A stretch of DNA of 50,260 nt from Escherichia phage Henu4_2: the sequence record PQ159479; one strand, written 5' to 3'. Shown here in pieces: positions 8,083-18,326 of the stretch. The position numbers and the translations under genes are program-made. Position 1 is the stretch's first letter, and every line of letters starts with the position of its first letter. Below the pieces are notes generated by a model. It was not told where the DNA came from. It ran no database searches and saw only the letters and a program-made list of their open reading frames with translations.

Positions 8083-8306
8083 TGTTTATTGCAGGTTTTG
8101 GTTTTTGTGCTTTTCTGGTGTTTATGATTTATCTTTGTATTTCGTGGGGTGTTCGCGAATGCACAAAAGATAATGAGTTAGCTGTTGCAATTTATAAAAA
8201 CAAAGATGACGTTTGGAAGGTTTCACGAAACTTTGAGAAAATCGCAAGCATTATTGAAAACCGCCGCAAGTTTGGCAAGCCTGGAAGCATCAAGTATATT
8301 GACTAA
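8076..8306 (+). CDS. membrane protein
   Basis: N-terminal TM MLMFIAGFGFCAFLVFMIYLCISWG; 76 aa. Confidence 0.4.
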   Translation: MLMFIAGFGFCAFLVFMIYLCISWGVRECTKDNELAVAIYKNKDDVWKVSRNFEKIASIIENRRKFGKPGSIKYID

Positions 8307-8322
8307 TCCAAAGCCGAAACAT

Positions 8323-8347
8323 AACCCGCCTTGCGCGGGTTTTTTTG
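8323..8347 (+). terminator. rho-independent terminator closing the left early region
   Basis: ACCCGC-CTTG-GCGGGT followed by TTTTTTT. Confidence 0.7.
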
Positions 8348-8393
8348 TGCATACAATTTAGCTATAATCACGCATCAACAGGAGGATTTTATT

Positions 8394-8918
8394 ATGGCTA
8401 AAAAAACAGAAGCGCCAGCGGCGGAAAGTCTAAACTTTAAAAAGTTATGGAATAAGCGATATTCCGATCTGGTAGGTAGTGAGATTGATAAACGCGCAAC
8501 GCTAACGCCGGAACAGGTCATGAATCTGATTGTTCAGTATTTTGAATGGGCGGAGCTAAACGCTATTAAAGCAGGTGAAACGGCATCATTTCAGGGGCGA
8601 GTGTATCAGGACACGATTCACAAGCCGCGTATTTTTACATGGGAAGGATTAAAGCTTTTTTGCGGTTTTTCCGGCACAGCACTAGCAAAGTGGAAACTTA
8701 AACCAGGCTATGATGTTGTTATTGAGTTTGCAGAATCGGTGATCAAAGAACAAAAATACCAGTTAGCGGCAAACGGAATGATTAACAGCACCATGATCGC
8801 AAAAGAGCTTGGTATTGATAAAGGCGACACGTTCAATATTAGCGCTAACGCCAAAGAGCAAGACAATACAGAAGAAGCGATGAAAAACGCAGTCGCAAGC
8901 GTCCTAAGTAAGATTTAA
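8394..8918 (+). CDS. terminase small subunit (by position)
   Basis: 174-aa ORF immediately upstream of TerL; TATAAT at 8363-8368 and RBS GGAGGA. Confidence 0.5.
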   Translation: MAKKTEAPAAESLNFKKLWNKRYSDLVGSEIDKRATLTPEQVMNLIVQYFEWAELNAIKAGETASFQGRVYQDTIHKPRIFTWEGLKLFCGFSGTALAKWKLKPGYDVVIEFAESVIKEQKYQLAANGMINSTMIAKELGIDKGDTFNISANAKEQDNTEEAMKNAVASVLSKI

Positions 8919-8929
8919 AGGTGAATGCT

Positions 8930-10501
8930 ATGTTGATTTGGGAAGATTTAACAAAACTTGAAAAGCTGGCTATTAAGGAATTAAGTACACACGATTTTGA
9001 TACTTTCGTTAAAATATGGTTTCCGATCCAGCAGGGCGAAAAATGGATTCCTAACTGGCATCACCTTTATATTGCAAGGGCAATTGATGAAATTATTGAA
9101 GGTGTGCGCAAAGATACCATTTTTAACGTAACGCCAGGTTCAGGTAAAACCGAATTACTTTCGATCCACTTTCCGCCTTATTCATATCTAAAATTGAACA
9201 AGGTGCGAAATCTTAATATTTCGTTTGCTGATACGCTGGTTAAACGTAACAGCAAGCGTGTGCGCGATCTGGTTAACTCGCGAGAATGGCAAGAGCTTTA
9301 CCCCGCAAAAACTGGTACAAGCAAGGATGATGAATTTCAGATCCTTAATGACGCTGGCAAAGTTCGCCTGGAAATGATTAGTAAATCAATGGGCGGTCAG
9401 ATTACTGGTAGCCGTGGCGGTTACATCACGCCTGGTGTTTATTCCGGTTGCGTAACGCTTGACGATCCAGAAAAGCCAGATGATATGTTTTCGAAGGTGA
9501 AGCGTGAGCGCGGTCAAATGATCGCAAAGAACACCATTCGATCACGTCGCGCACATTCAGAAACGCCGATTATCGTTATTCAGCAGCGTCTACACGCGCA
9601 GGATATGACCTGGTTTCTGATGAATGGCGGAATGGGTATTGAATTTGATCAGATATCAATTCCGGCGATGGTTACAGAGGAATACGGGAAATCGCTTCCT
9701 GATTGGTTGCAACCGCACTTTGAAAAGGATGTGCTTTCGTCTGAATACATCGTTATTGACGGCGTGAAGTATTATTCTTTTTGGCCTAGCAAGGAAAGCA
9801 TTCATGACCTGAAAGCGCTACGCGATGCGGATTTGTACACGTTTCTTTCTCAGTATCAGCAAGAGCCAATTGCTCTTGGCGGTAACGCAATTAACGTTGG
9901 ATGGTTCCAGTATTATGGAACAGGAGAAAAATCAACGATGCCAAAACCGGATCGCTTTGATTATACGTTTATTACAGCAGATACCGCTCAGAAAGAAGGT
10001 GAGCTAAACGACTACAGCGTTTTGTGTTATTGGGGCATGTTCAAAGGCCGCATCTATTTTATTGACGGTGTGCGCGGCAAATGGGAAGCGCCAATGTTAG
10101 AAACGCAGTTTAAAGCGTTTGTTAAACAGTGCTGGAACCGTAACAAAGAATGCGGAAACTTGCGTAAAATTTACGTGGAAGATAAAGCGAGCGGCACAGG
10201 TTTGATCCAGAATTGCCGCAAAGCATTTCCGATAGAAATTACGCCAGTGCAACGCGATAAAGACAAAGTAACGCGATGCATGGACGCACAACCAGTGATC
10301 AAGAATGGTTATGTTGTATTGCCTGAATCGCATCACATGCTTGCTGAATTTCTGGCAGAGGCGGCGGCATTCACTTATGATGACAGCCATCCTCATGATG
10401 ATATTATGGATAACCTTTTTGACGCGGTTAATATTGAGCTTAACCTTGCTGATAATGCGGTTGATAGAATGAAGCGTTTAGCTGGATTAGCGAAGCGTTA
10501 A
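8930..10501 (+). CDS. terL: terminase large subunit
   Basis: N-terminal P-loop-like VTPGSGKTE; C-terminal RNaseH-like nuclease acidic motifs (ITADTAQKEGELNDYSV, HPHDDIMDNLFDAV); alternative GTG start at 8921. Confidence 0.85.
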   Translation: MLIWEDLTKLEKLAIKELSTHDFDTFVKIWFPIQQGEKWIPNWHHLYIARAIDEIIEGVRKDTIFNVTPGSGKTELLSIHFPPYSYLKLNKVRNLNISFADTLVKRNSKRVRDLVNSREWQELYPAKTGTSKDDEFQILNDAGKVRLEMISKSMGGQITGSRGGYITPGVYSGCVTLDDPEKPDDMFSKVKRERGQMIAKNTIRSRRAHSETPIIVIQQRLHAQDMTWFLMNGGMGIEFDQISIPAMVTEEYGKSLPDWLQPHFEKDVLSSEYIVIDGVKYYSFWPSKESIHDLKALRDADLYTFLSQYQQEPIALGGNAINVGWFQYYGTGEKSTMPKPDRFDYTFITADTAQKEGELNDYSVLCYWGMFKGRIYFIDGVRGKWEAPMLETQFKAFVKQCWNRNKECGNLRKIYVEDKASGTGLIQNCRKAFPIEITPVQRDKDKVTRCMDAQPVIKNGYVVLPESHHMLAEFLAEAAAFTYDDSHPHDDIMDNLFDAVNIELNLADNAVDRMKRLAGLAKR

Positions 10502-10515
10502 TGTGTAAAATCAAA

Positions 10516-10539
10516 GGCTGGAATATTCCGGCCTTTTTT
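10516..10539 (+). terminator. hairpin + T-run at the TerL/portal junction
   Basis: GGCTGGAATATTCCGGCC + TTTTTT, followed by ATTATGGGGGT. Confidence 0.4.
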
Positions 10540-10554
10540 ATTATGGGGGTATTT

Positions 10555-11850
10555 ATGAGCGACAAGGTAAAGGCCATTACTAAAGAAGATGGTTACAACG
10601 AAATTTTCGGATCTAAAGATGGAACGTTTAGGCCGAATGCTTTTTACATGCAAAGCGCGGCATTTAAAACGTTATCGCAATTTTATGAAGAAGATGGAAT
10701 GGCGCGGCGCATTGTAGATGTTATTCCAGAAGAAATGGTAACGCCTGGTTTTAAAGTTGACGGCGTGAAAAATGAAAAGTCTTTTAAATCGCGTTGGGAT
10801 GAATTGCGATTAAACGCTAAAATTATTGATGCGCTTTCATGGTCGCGTTTATTTGGCGGTTCTGCAATTCTTGCTGTTGTTGCTGATAACAGAATGCTGA
10901 AATCACCTGTAAAGCCTGGCGCACAACTTGAAGATATTCGCGTATATGATCGCTATCAGATCACCATTCAGGAACGTGAAACTAATGCGCGGAGTGTTCG
11001 TTACGGTGAGCCAAAACTTTATAAGATCTCACCTGGCGGAGATATACCGGAATTCTTTGTTCATTACTCGCGTATTTGCATCATTGATGGTGAGCGCGTA
11101 TCGAATGAAAAACGCCGTCAAAATGATGGTTGGGGTGCAAGCATTTTAAACAAGCGTTTGATTGAGGCGATTGTTGATTATAACTATTGCCAGGAATTAG
11201 CAACGCAATTGCTACGCCGAAAACAACAAGCAGTATGGAAAGCGCGTGATCTGGCTTTGATGTGCGACGATGAGGAAGGGCGCTATGCGGCGCGTTTGCG
11301 TTTGGCTCAGGTTGATGACGAAAGCGGAGTTGGTAAGGCAATTGGTATTGATGCCACCGATGAAGAATATGAGGTTCTCAATTCTGACGTTTCCGGCGTT
11401 CCAGAGTTCTTACAGGAAAAGATTGATCGAATTGTTGCGCTAACTGGCATTCATGAAATAATCCTCAAAAATAAGAACACTGGCGGCGTTTCAGCGAGTC
11501 AAAACACGGCGCTAGAGACTTTCTATAAGTTGATTGATCGCAAGCGCGGAGAGGATTACAAGCCAATTCTTGAATTCCTTTTGCCGTTCATGATCGCAGA
11601 AACGGAATGGTCTATTGAATTCGAACCGTTAAGCGTTCCGAGCGATAAGGACAAAGCTGAAATTATGGCTAAGAATGTTGAATCTGTTGTAAAATTGAAA
11701 GCTGAACAGGCGATTGATCTCAAAGAAACAAGAGACACTTTGCGATCCATTTGTCCAGATCTTAAAATCAGGGACAATGACAACATTGAATTGCCAGAGC
11801 CGGAAGATTTAGATCCAGAGCCAGGGCAAGAGGGGGGATTGAATAAATGA
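10555..11850 (+). CDS. portal protein
   Basis: about 430 aa between TerL and the Mu-F-like head protein; start chosen at ATG 10555 after GGGGG RBS (ORF is open from 10501). Confidence 0.7.
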   Translation: MSDKVKAITKEDGYNEIFGSKDGTFRPNAFYMQSAAFKTLSQFYEEDGMARRIVDVIPEEMVTPGFKVDGVKNEKSFKSRWDELRLNAKIIDALSWSRLFGGSAILAVVADNRMLKSPVKPGAQLEDIRVYDRYQITIQERETNARSVRYGEPKLYKISPGGDIPEFFVHYSRICIIDGERVSNEKRRQNDGWGASILNKRLIEAIVDYNYCQELATQLLRRKQQAVWKARDLALMCDDEEGRYAARLRLAQVDDESGVGKAIGIDATDEEYEVLNSDVSGVPEFLQEKIDRIVALTGIHEIILKNKNTGGVSASQNTALETFYKLIDRKRGEDYKPILEFLLPFMIAETEWSIEFEPLSVPSDKDKAEIMAKNVESVVKLKAEQAIDLKETRDTLRSICPDLKIRDNDNIELPEPEDLDPEPGQEGGLNK

Positions 11851-12518
11851 TGTTTCCCGATATGACAGAGAGCGACGTTGAAAAGGCGCTTAATGATCTG
11901 GCGGTTGATATCACTGAAAACAATGCTGATGTAGAGGCGGCAATTGCCGCCTTTATGTTGCTGGTTTACGGGTTCGCCGTTAGTGCATACAAATACCACA
12001 CTCGCCAATTTATCAGAATGGCAAAGCAAACAGGAGGAGCAAATAATAGATCCGTTATCCTTCTGATTGGTGGCGTTTACGGAAATATGAATGAACGTTG
12101 GTTCAATTCAAAATACATAACCTGGCGATCACTTATTGAGGCATCCGTAAGGAAATTTGCGTATAATGTGCTTGATGATTGGGAAGTGCAACAGCGTTTA
12201 AATGAGTTACGCGAGCAAGCAGAAACAAGAGCACAGATCCGAAAGCGTCTAAGAAAATATAAGGCGTGGGCTAAAAATAGGGCGTCTGGTTTTGTTGGTT
12301 CGTGGTATTCCGTGTTAATGTATCAACGCGTAGTTGATGCAGGAGTTACCCATTATATTTGGCGCACTCAGGAAGATAATCGTGTTAGACCTGAACACGC
12401 GAAATTGAACATGAAGCGGATCTCATTGGCAATAAAGCACATATTCCCAGGGCAGGAATATAATTGTCGCTGTTGGGCGCAACCGGATTGGGAAACAGAG
12501 CAAGAGGTATATTTATGA
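11847..12518 (+). CDS. head morphogenesis protein (Mu F / SPP1 gp7-like)
   Basis: motif YIWRTQEDNRVRPEHAKLN typical of the Mu F domain. Confidence 0.75.
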   Translation: MMFPDMTESDVEKALNDLAVDITENNADVEAAIAAFMLLVYGFAVSAYKYHTRQFIRMAKQTGGANNRSVILLIGGVYGNMNERWFNSKYITWRSLIEASVRKFAYNVLDDWEVQQRLNELREQAETRAQIRKRLRKYKAWAKNRASGFVGSWYSVLMYQRVVDAGVTHYIWRTQEDNRVRPEHAKLNMKRISLAIKHIFPGQEYNCRCWAQPDWETEQEVYL

Positions 12519-13624
12519 AGAAGGTGCAACGTTTTGATAGTGTCAGAGTAAAAGCGCATTTTGATGAACACGGTTTTTTAGTGGATCGGCCTATTGTGGC
12601 GCGAATTGGTTTGCAGATTTATCAAACGCCATACGGCGAGCGTAGAGAATTCAGGCCAGCAAGTGAAGTGTTTAAAGCTGATAGCCTGGCGACTTACGCA
12701 GGGAAACCAATCACAGTAGGTCACGTCACCGTAACGCCTGAAAACGCCGAAAAGGTTGTTGTTGGATCGTGTTCCGGTGCTGGCATTCCAAATGGTGTGG
12801 GTGTTGAAGCGCCGTTAAATATTTACGCAAAACGAGCAATCGAAAGCGCAAAGAAAAAGCAAACGGCTGAAATTAGCGTTGGTTATACGTCGATTGATAT
12901 TGATAAGCCTGGTTATGGATCTAATGAAACTGGTGAATACATCTTTGAAGAAGATCTAAAAGAAGATGAACAGCCGCCGGAAGGATGGGTAAAATTTGAT
13001 GCGCTGCAAACAAGCATTAGTGTTAACCATATTGCGTTAGTGTTTAAGGGTCGCGCTGGCATTGCAAAATTGAATCTTGATAGCGAGCAAGAATTCCCGT
13101 ATGATATCGACGTTAAATTAAATAAAGAGGACGAAGTTATGACCGTTAAAATTAAACTTGATGGTGCTGTTGAATTTGACGTACCAAAAGAAGTTGCTAC
13201 TTTTATCGAAACCGTGAAAGCAGACGCTACAGCGGCAAAAACTAAAGCCGATAGCCTGGAAGCAGAGCGCGATGCTCTACAGGCGAAAGTTGACGGCATT
13301 CCGGCGCAGATTGAAGAAGCCGTGAAAAAAGCAAAAGCTGACGCTGATGAACATGCCGCGCTGGTCGCTACCGCTTCCGAAGTTGGCGTAAAATGCGACG
13401 GCCTAACCGCCAAAGAAATTAAGATCGCATATGTAAAAGAGGTTATGGGTAATGACATTAGCGCAAAGGCTGATGCATATATTGATACCGCTTTTGATAT
13501 CGCTAAAGAATCTGATAAAATGGCGGCTCAACGTATCGCATTAAAAGGCGATGCAGCAAAAAACAAACAGGATGCAGCGGAAACAGTTCTTGATCCTTCC
13601 GCACGTCTTAATAAAGCTAAGTAA
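12515..13624 (+). CDS. scaffolding protein (candidate)
   Basis: position before capsid; C-terminal half Ala/Lys/Glu/Asp-rich, coiled-coil-like; ATGA overlap with upstream gene. Confidence 0.5.
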   Translation: MKKVQRFDSVRVKAHFDEHGFLVDRPIVARIGLQIYQTPYGERREFRPASEVFKADSLATYAGKPITVGHVTVTPENAEKVVVGSCSGAGIPNGVGVEAPLNIYAKRAIESAKKKQTAEISVGYTSIDIDKPGYGSNETGEYIFEEDLKEDEQPPEGWVKFDALQTSISVNHIALVFKGRAGIAKLNLDSEQEFPYDIDVKLNKEDEVMTVKIKLDGAVEFDVPKEVATFIETVKADATAAKTKADSLEAERDALQAKVDGIPAQIEEAVKKAKADADEHAALVATASEVGVKCDGLTAKEIKIAYVKEVMGNDISAKADAYIDTAFDIAKESDKMAAQRIALKGDAAKNKQDAAETVLDPSARLNKAK

Positions 13625-13636
13625 GGAGAAAATATT

Positions 13637-14116
13637 ATGGCTCAGATTTCAGCAAGTTATCATGTTGCAATGGCTCGCGCCTTGCCTGGTCAAGTTTCTG
13701 ACACTTCCGCGTATAACATCGACGGCGCTTGTGTTCTTGATGGTGATACCGGAACAACAATTTATGTTGGCGTTGGTGTTCAACATGGCGGAATTAGCGC
13801 AAGCGGTGAGAAATTAATTAAGGCTATGGCGGCGTCTGGTAATGCTTATGGTGTTGCTATTCGATCCAACTTCCAGACCACATCTAAAGATGGTCGAATG
13901 GTTTATGAGGCTGGTAGCGGAATTAACGTAATGACCAAAGGGCGCGTTTGGATGCTATCTGTAGAATCAGAAGCGCCAGCATTCAAAACACCTATCAAAC
14001 TTGACAATTCAGGGCAGGTTGATTTAACGTCTGGATTAATTGAAACTACTTGGATCGCAACTGGAGACTTTACGGAATTCCAAGGTCTAAAACTCGTTGA
14101 GGTTCAACTGGTATAA
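13637..14116 (+). CDS. structural protein, paralog A (head decoration/accessory candidate)
   Basis: shares YNIDG and KGRVWM...PAFKTPIKLDNSG motifs with the following ORF; RBS AAGGAGAA. Confidence 0.45.
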   Translation: MAQISASYHVAMARALPGQVSDTSAYNIDGACVLDGDTGTTIYVGVGVQHGGISASGEKLIKAMAASGNAYGVAIRSNFQTTSKDGRMVYEAGSGINVMTKGRVWMLSVESEAPAFKTPIKLDNSGQVDLTSGLIETTWIATGDFTEFQGLKLVEVQLV

Positions 14117-14122
14117 TAATAA

Positions 14123-14146
14123 GGCCGGATTATTCCGGCCTTTTAT
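14123..14146 (+). terminator. hairpin + T-run
   Basis: GGCCGGATTATTCCGGCC + TTTTAT. Confidence 0.5.
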
Positions 14147-14159
14147 ATATGGTGGTTTT

Positions 14160-14600
14160 ATGTCTGATTACGGTTCTATAATAGGTATAGTTGAAAATGG
14201 GTGCTTGGTAGATTCAAGCCTTTATAATATAGATGGCTCGCCAGTTATGGATGTTTCAGCCGTGATAGGTAAGGCCGTATGTGTTGATCACATATCTTGC
14301 GGTTACAAAATAATCAGCCACAATTTTAATGAAAACTCAAAGCATTACGGAATCGTTACGCGTGATTATATGGATTTTTGCAAAGAATATTACGACGCCG
14401 GAGATCCGGTTAACGTAATAACTCATGGTCGAATTTGGGTAATCACTCAGGACGAACAGGATATTCCATCGTATAAAGATCCTGTTTTTGTTAAAGACAA
14501 TGGCTCTATATCAACAAGTGGATTTCCTACCAGTTGGTTTTTTACTGGCGAATACGTAAGATATTCACACGGATATATTTTACTATCAGTTCAGTTGTAG
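14160..14600 (+). CDS. structural protein, paralog B
   Basis: YNIDGSPVMD and HGRIWVI...PSYKDPVFVKDNGS mirror paralog A. Confidence 0.45.
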   Translation: MSDYGSIIGIVENGCLVDSSLYNIDGSPVMDVSAVIGKAVCVDHISCGYKIISHNFNENSKHYGIVTRDYMDFCKEYYDAGDPVNVITHGRIWVITQDEQDIPSYKDPVFVKDNGSISTSGFPTSWFFTGEYVRYSHGYILLSVQL

Positions 14601-14649
14601 TGTTCTAACACAAAAAACACTTGAACGTTTAACAAAAAATGCTATATTA

Positions 14650-14674
14650 AAGCCGTTATTATGACGGCTTTTCT
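14650..14674 (+). terminator. hairpin + T-run immediately upstream of capsid RBS
   Basis: AAGCCGTTATTATGACGGCTT + TTCT. Confidence 0.45.
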
Positions 14675-14689
14675 ATGAGGGGAAATATT

Positions 14690-15664
14690 ATGTCTAAAGA
14701 AATTAAATATGATGAATTTGAAGCAAACGTGATCGCCAACCATATGCAGTTACGCGGCGCTAAAAACGACGCATCTGATATGGGTATTTGGACGGCTCAA
14801 GAGCTTCATAAAATTAAGGCTCAAGCCTATGAAAAAGAATATCCGGCAGGTTCCGCACTGCGTGTATTCCCTGTAACGTCCGAGCTTTCCGATACAGATA
14901 AAACCTTTGAATATCAGACTTTCGACAAAGTAGGGCACGCAAAAATCATCGCTGATTATACTGATGATCTGCCAACTGTTGACGCGCTGATGACTTCTGA
15001 ATTTGGTAAAGTGTTCCGCCTGGGTAATGCGTTCCTGATTTCCATTGACGAAATCAAAGCAGGTCAACGCACTGGCAAGAGCCTTTCCACTCGCAAGGCC
15101 AACGCCGCACAGAATGCGCATGATCAGCTTGTAAACCACTTGGTTTTCAAAGGCTCTAAACCGCATAAAATTATCAGCGTGTTTGATCATCCAAACCTGA
15201 CAACTATCAACTCCGCAGGTTGGAACAACGCCGCAGGTACTGGTAAAAAGCCGGAAACCGCACAGGATGAATTAGAGCAAGCGATTGAAAAAATCGAAAC
15301 GCTGACCAACGGGCAGCACCGCGCTAATATGATCCTGATTCCGCCGTCAATGCGTAAAGTTCTGATGGTTCGTATGCCGGAAACAACCATGAGCTATCTT
15401 GATTATTTCAAGCAGCAGAATGGCGGTATCACTATCGAATCCATTTCCGAGCTTGAAGATATCGACGGCGCAGGTACTAAAGCGGCGCTGGTTTACGAAA
15501 AAGATCCAATGAACATGAGCATTGAGATTCCAGAAGCGTTTAACATGCTGACCGCGCAACCTAAAGACCTGCATTTCAAAGTGCCTTGCACCTCTAAATG
15601 TACTGGCCTGACGATTTACCGTCCGTTAACGCTGGTTCTGATTAAAGGTCTTGTAGTAGGCTGA
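14690..15664 (+). CDS. major capsid protein
   Basis: 325 aa, position in head module, RBS GAGGGGAAA, followed by a strong terminator. Confidence 0.65.
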   Translation: MSKEIKYDEFEANVIANHMQLRGAKNDASDMGIWTAQELHKIKAQAYEKEYPAGSALRVFPVTSELSDTDKTFEYQTFDKVGHAKIIADYTDDLPTVDALMTSEFGKVFRLGNAFLISIDEIKAGQRTGKSLSTRKANAAQNAHDQLVNHLVFKGSKPHKIISVFDHPNLTTINSAGWNNAAGTGKKPETAQDELEQAIEKIETLTNGQHRANMILIPPSMRKVLMVRMPETTMSYLDYFKQQNGGITIESISELEDIDGAGTKAALVYEKDPMNMSIEIPEAFNMLTAQPKDLHFKVPCTSKCTGLTIYRPLTLVLIKGLVVG

Positions 15665-15680
15665 TAATTCAATTAATATA

Positions 15681-15708
15681 GGGAACCGTTAAAAGGTTCC
15701 CTTTTTTT
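15681..15708 (+). terminator. strong rho-independent terminator after the capsid gene
   Basis: GGGAACC-GTTAAAA-GGTTCCC + TTTTTTT. Confidence 0.75.
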
Positions 15709-15726
15709 ATATCTGGAGAAAAACAA

Positions 15727-15999
15727 ATGGCTAAAGAAAAAGAAATTACACTGGTTAACACTGGCGTTGCACTGATTATTATTGATCGCGTTGACGTTAT
15801 GCCAGGTAAGGAAATTACCGTTGCGGAAAGCGTGTTAGAGCGGCAGGGTACAAAATCACTGGTTGCACAAGGCAAGCTAACCGTAAAAGATAACATCGAG
15901 CTAAACGATAAGATCATTGAAGCGTTCAACGAAAAACGCAAGCCAAACCCAACCGAAGGCAAAAGCAAAGCACAGCTTGAGGACGGCGGCGAGTATTAA
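15727..15999 (+). CDS. hypothetical structural protein
   Basis: 90-aa ORF, RBS TGGAGAAAAA. Confidence 0.4.
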   Translation: MAKEKEITLVNTGVALIIIDRVDVMPGKEITVAESVLERQGTKSLVAQGKLTVKDNIELNDKIIEAFNEKRKPNPTEGKSKAQLEDGGEY

Positions 16000-16007
16000 T
16001 TAGAAAT

Positions 16008-16030
16008 GGCGCTCATGTAGCGCCTTTTTT
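16008..16030 (+). terminator. hairpin + T-run
   Basis: GGCGCT-CATGT-AGCGCC + TTTTTT then ATTATGGGGGT. Confidence 0.6.
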
Positions 16031-16045
16031 ATTATGGGGGTTATT

Positions 16046-16465
16046 ATGGTTGATGAAATTTATGGCGATATTGAGATCCTAGAGCAAATTTATAAAATCG
16101 CTCCAGCATTCAAGAAAGTTGATCCTGAATTGATTCAGGCATGGATTGAACTGGCTAAAGATTTCGTTTGCGAAAAGCATTTCAAAGACAAATATTTCCG
16201 CGCTGTTGCTCTTTACACTTTGCACCTGATGACTCTTGACGGAGCTATGAAACAGGAAAGTGAGAGCGTAGAAAGCTACTCGCATCGTATAGCGTCATTT
16301 TCCCTGACTGGTGAGTTTTCGCAGACGTTCAGCAAGGTTAGCGACGACACAAGCGGTAACACGTTGCGCCAAACGCCGTGGGGTAAAATGTATGAAGTTC
16401 TCAACAAGAAAAAAGGCGGCGGATTTGGCCTTACAACTGCCTTTCATCGGAGGTGCTCACGATGA
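16046..16465 (+). CDS. head-tail connector/adaptor (candidate)
   Basis: 139 aa, position after capsid. Confidence 0.4.
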   Translation: MVDEIYGDIEILEQIYKIAPAFKKVDPELIQAWIELAKDFVCEKHFKDKYFRAVALYTLHLMTLDGAMKQESESVESYSHRIASFSLTGEFSQTFSKVSDDTSGNTLRQTPWGKMYEVLNKKKGGGFGLTTAFHRRCSR

Positions 16466-16833
16466 ATTATGAACAAATCAGATCTATGGCATCGGCTGGA
16501 ATTAATTTTTTTAGCGATGGAACTGGTGAATTTGATTGCATTACTCAACCTGGAAGCGTTGAAATTGTTGGCGGTATTGAGGTTGAAAAACCTGAAATAA
16601 AGGTGAAGATTAAAGGTCTTGTGAGAGCACCACGGACGCGAGAAGTTGACGGAGAGACAATTAGAGTTACCGACAAGTTAGGCGTTTTTAATGCTGATGT
16701 AGAGCTTAAAAACGGATATCAGATTGATATCGACGGCGAGCGTTATGTTATGGTTGAAACAAGACCAATCAGACCAACAAGCATTACCGTTGCTTACCGT
16801 CCAATAATGCGGAGGGTTGCGGTTCATGGCTGA
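16462..16833 (+). CDS. head closure / tail completion protein (candidate)
   Basis: 123 aa, RBS GGAGGT, in head-tail joining block. Confidence 0.4.
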   Translation: MNYEQIRSMASAGINFFSDGTGEFDCITQPGSVEIVGGIEVEKPEIKVKIKGLVRAPRTREVDGETIRVTDKLGVFNADVELKNGYQIDIDGERYVMVETRPIRPTSITVAYRPIMRRVAVHG

Positions 16834-17266
16834 TTATTCGATCCGAGAATTTCATGGCAATGTTGACAAATGGATCGAGCAAGTAGAAAGCGGATTGAAT
16901 GACGTGATTCAGATTTTTGGTGAAAAGGTTCACGGCGCATTAGTTGATATTGCGCCAGTGGACACAGGACGATTCAAAGCCAATATGCAGATCACAGCAA
17001 ACAAGCCGCCTCTTTACGCGCTCAATCAATATGATCCTGATGGTGATAAAACAAAGGCGGAAGGTCGCAGGACGCTTTATGCTTTATTGCATGGCGGCGG
17101 CGCTATTAAATCAATATACTTCTCCAATATGCTGATTTACGCTAATGCTCTTGAATATGGTCATTCAAAGCAAGCGCCAGCGGGGGTATTTGGTATCGTT
17201 GCGATCCGGTTGCGCTCTTACATGGCGGAAGCGATAAGGGAGGCGAGAAAGAAAAATGCACTATGA
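16826..17266 (+). CDS. tail completion protein (candidate)
   Basis: 146 aa, RBS GGAGGG. Confidence 0.4.
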   Translation: MADYSIREFHGNVDKWIEQVESGLNDVIQIFGEKVHGALVDIAPVDTGRFKANMQITANKPPLYALNQYDPDGDKTKAEGRRTLYALLHGGGAIKSIYFSNMLIYANALEYGHSKQAPAGVFGIVAIRLRSYMAEAIREARKKNAL

Positions 17267-17648
17267 ATTATCTGTTGCGGCAAGAATGGCGCTGGCTCAA
17301 GAATACGAAAGCGAATATATTATCGCTTATGAAAACGTTGAATTTACGCCACCAAAAGGCGGCGGCATTTGGCTTAAATATGACTACAAAGAAGCAGATA
17401 CAATAATTCATGATCTGAAAAGGAAATGCATTAGCTATATTGGAATGGTTCAGATCGGAATTGAATTCCCGCCAGGTTCAGGAATTGATAAGGCTCGCAA
17501 GCTGGCAAAAAATATTGCTGATTTCTTTGAAGATGGTAAAATGCTTTCGAATGGCTATATTTCAGAAGGTGCAAAAGTGCATCAAGTTCAGAAATCAGAA
17601 TCAGGCTGGTTTTATCCAGTACGTTTTTATGTTCGTTATGATGGTTAA
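17256..17648 (+). CDS. tail terminator / tail completion protein (candidate)
   Basis: 130 aa, immediately upstream of putative major tail protein. Confidence 0.4.
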   Translation: MHYELSVAARMALAQEYESEYIIAYENVEFTPPKGGGIWLKYDYKEADTIIHDLKRKCISYIGMVQIGIEFPPGSGIDKARKLAKNIADFFEDGKMLSNGYISEGAKVHQVQKSESGWFYPVRFYVRYDG

Positions 17649-17662
17649 TAAAGGGGGCTATT

Positions 17663-18322
17663 ATGCACTTACCTAACGGATCACAGATTTTTATTGAAAA
17701 CACGCGCGGCTCAGAAATCAAAGCAACAGCAATCAGCAACGCAACAGATCCGGTGTTTACCGCGTCTGATACTGGCGGATTGAAAAAAGGTGATTATGTG
17801 ATTGTCACTGTATCAACGTGGGGTAAACTTCTTGATCGTGTACTGCGAGTTAAAGAGGTTAGCGATAACACAAGTTTCACGCTTGAAGGTATCGACACCA
17901 CTGATGAAAACGTTTTTCCGTCCGGCGCTACTGGTAGCGTTATGAAAATTGAATCATGGACAGAGATCCCATGCGTACAGGACTTGGGGCAGGACGGCGG
18001 CGAGCAGCAGTATTACAATTACCAGTGCTTGAGCGATGACCAAGAGCAGCAGTTACCAACCTATAAAAGCGCGGTGTCACTGACTTACACCTTTGCGCAT
18101 GAGTACGATAATCCGATTTATCCGCTCTTGCGTAAGGCTGACGAATCCGGCGACGTTAAAGCATTGCGCATGTATGTACCAAAAGCAAAAGAAATGCGCC
18201 TTTGGGCTGGTGTGCTTTCTTTCAACGAGATCCCACAAACGGCGGTAAACGAAATGGAAACCGTTTCTTTGTCGGTATCCCTGAAAGGTCGCTTTACTTT
18301 CTTGCCTTCTACTCAGGCTTAA
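17663..18322 (+). CDS. major tail protein (by position)
   Basis: 219 aa, RBS AAAGGGGG, followed by terminator and the G/GT chaperone genes. Confidence 0.55.
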   Translation: MHLPNGSQIFIENTRGSEIKATAISNATDPVFTASDTGGLKKGDYVIVTVSTWGKLLDRVLRVKEVSDNTSFTLEGIDTTDENVFPSGATGSVMKIESWTEIPCVQDLGQDGGEQQYYNYQCLSDDQEQQLPTYKSAVSLTYTFAHEYDNPIYPLLRKADESGDVKALRMYVPKAKEMRLWAGVLSFNEIPQTAVNEMETVSLSVSLKGRFTFLPSTQA

Positions 18323-18326
18323 TTTA

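Noticed and set aside
9825-10396. Internal ORFs within the terminase large subunit gene on both strands (9825-10007 +, 10097-10396 -)
   Set aside because: Fully embedded in a well-supported gene, with no RBS and low-complexity translations.
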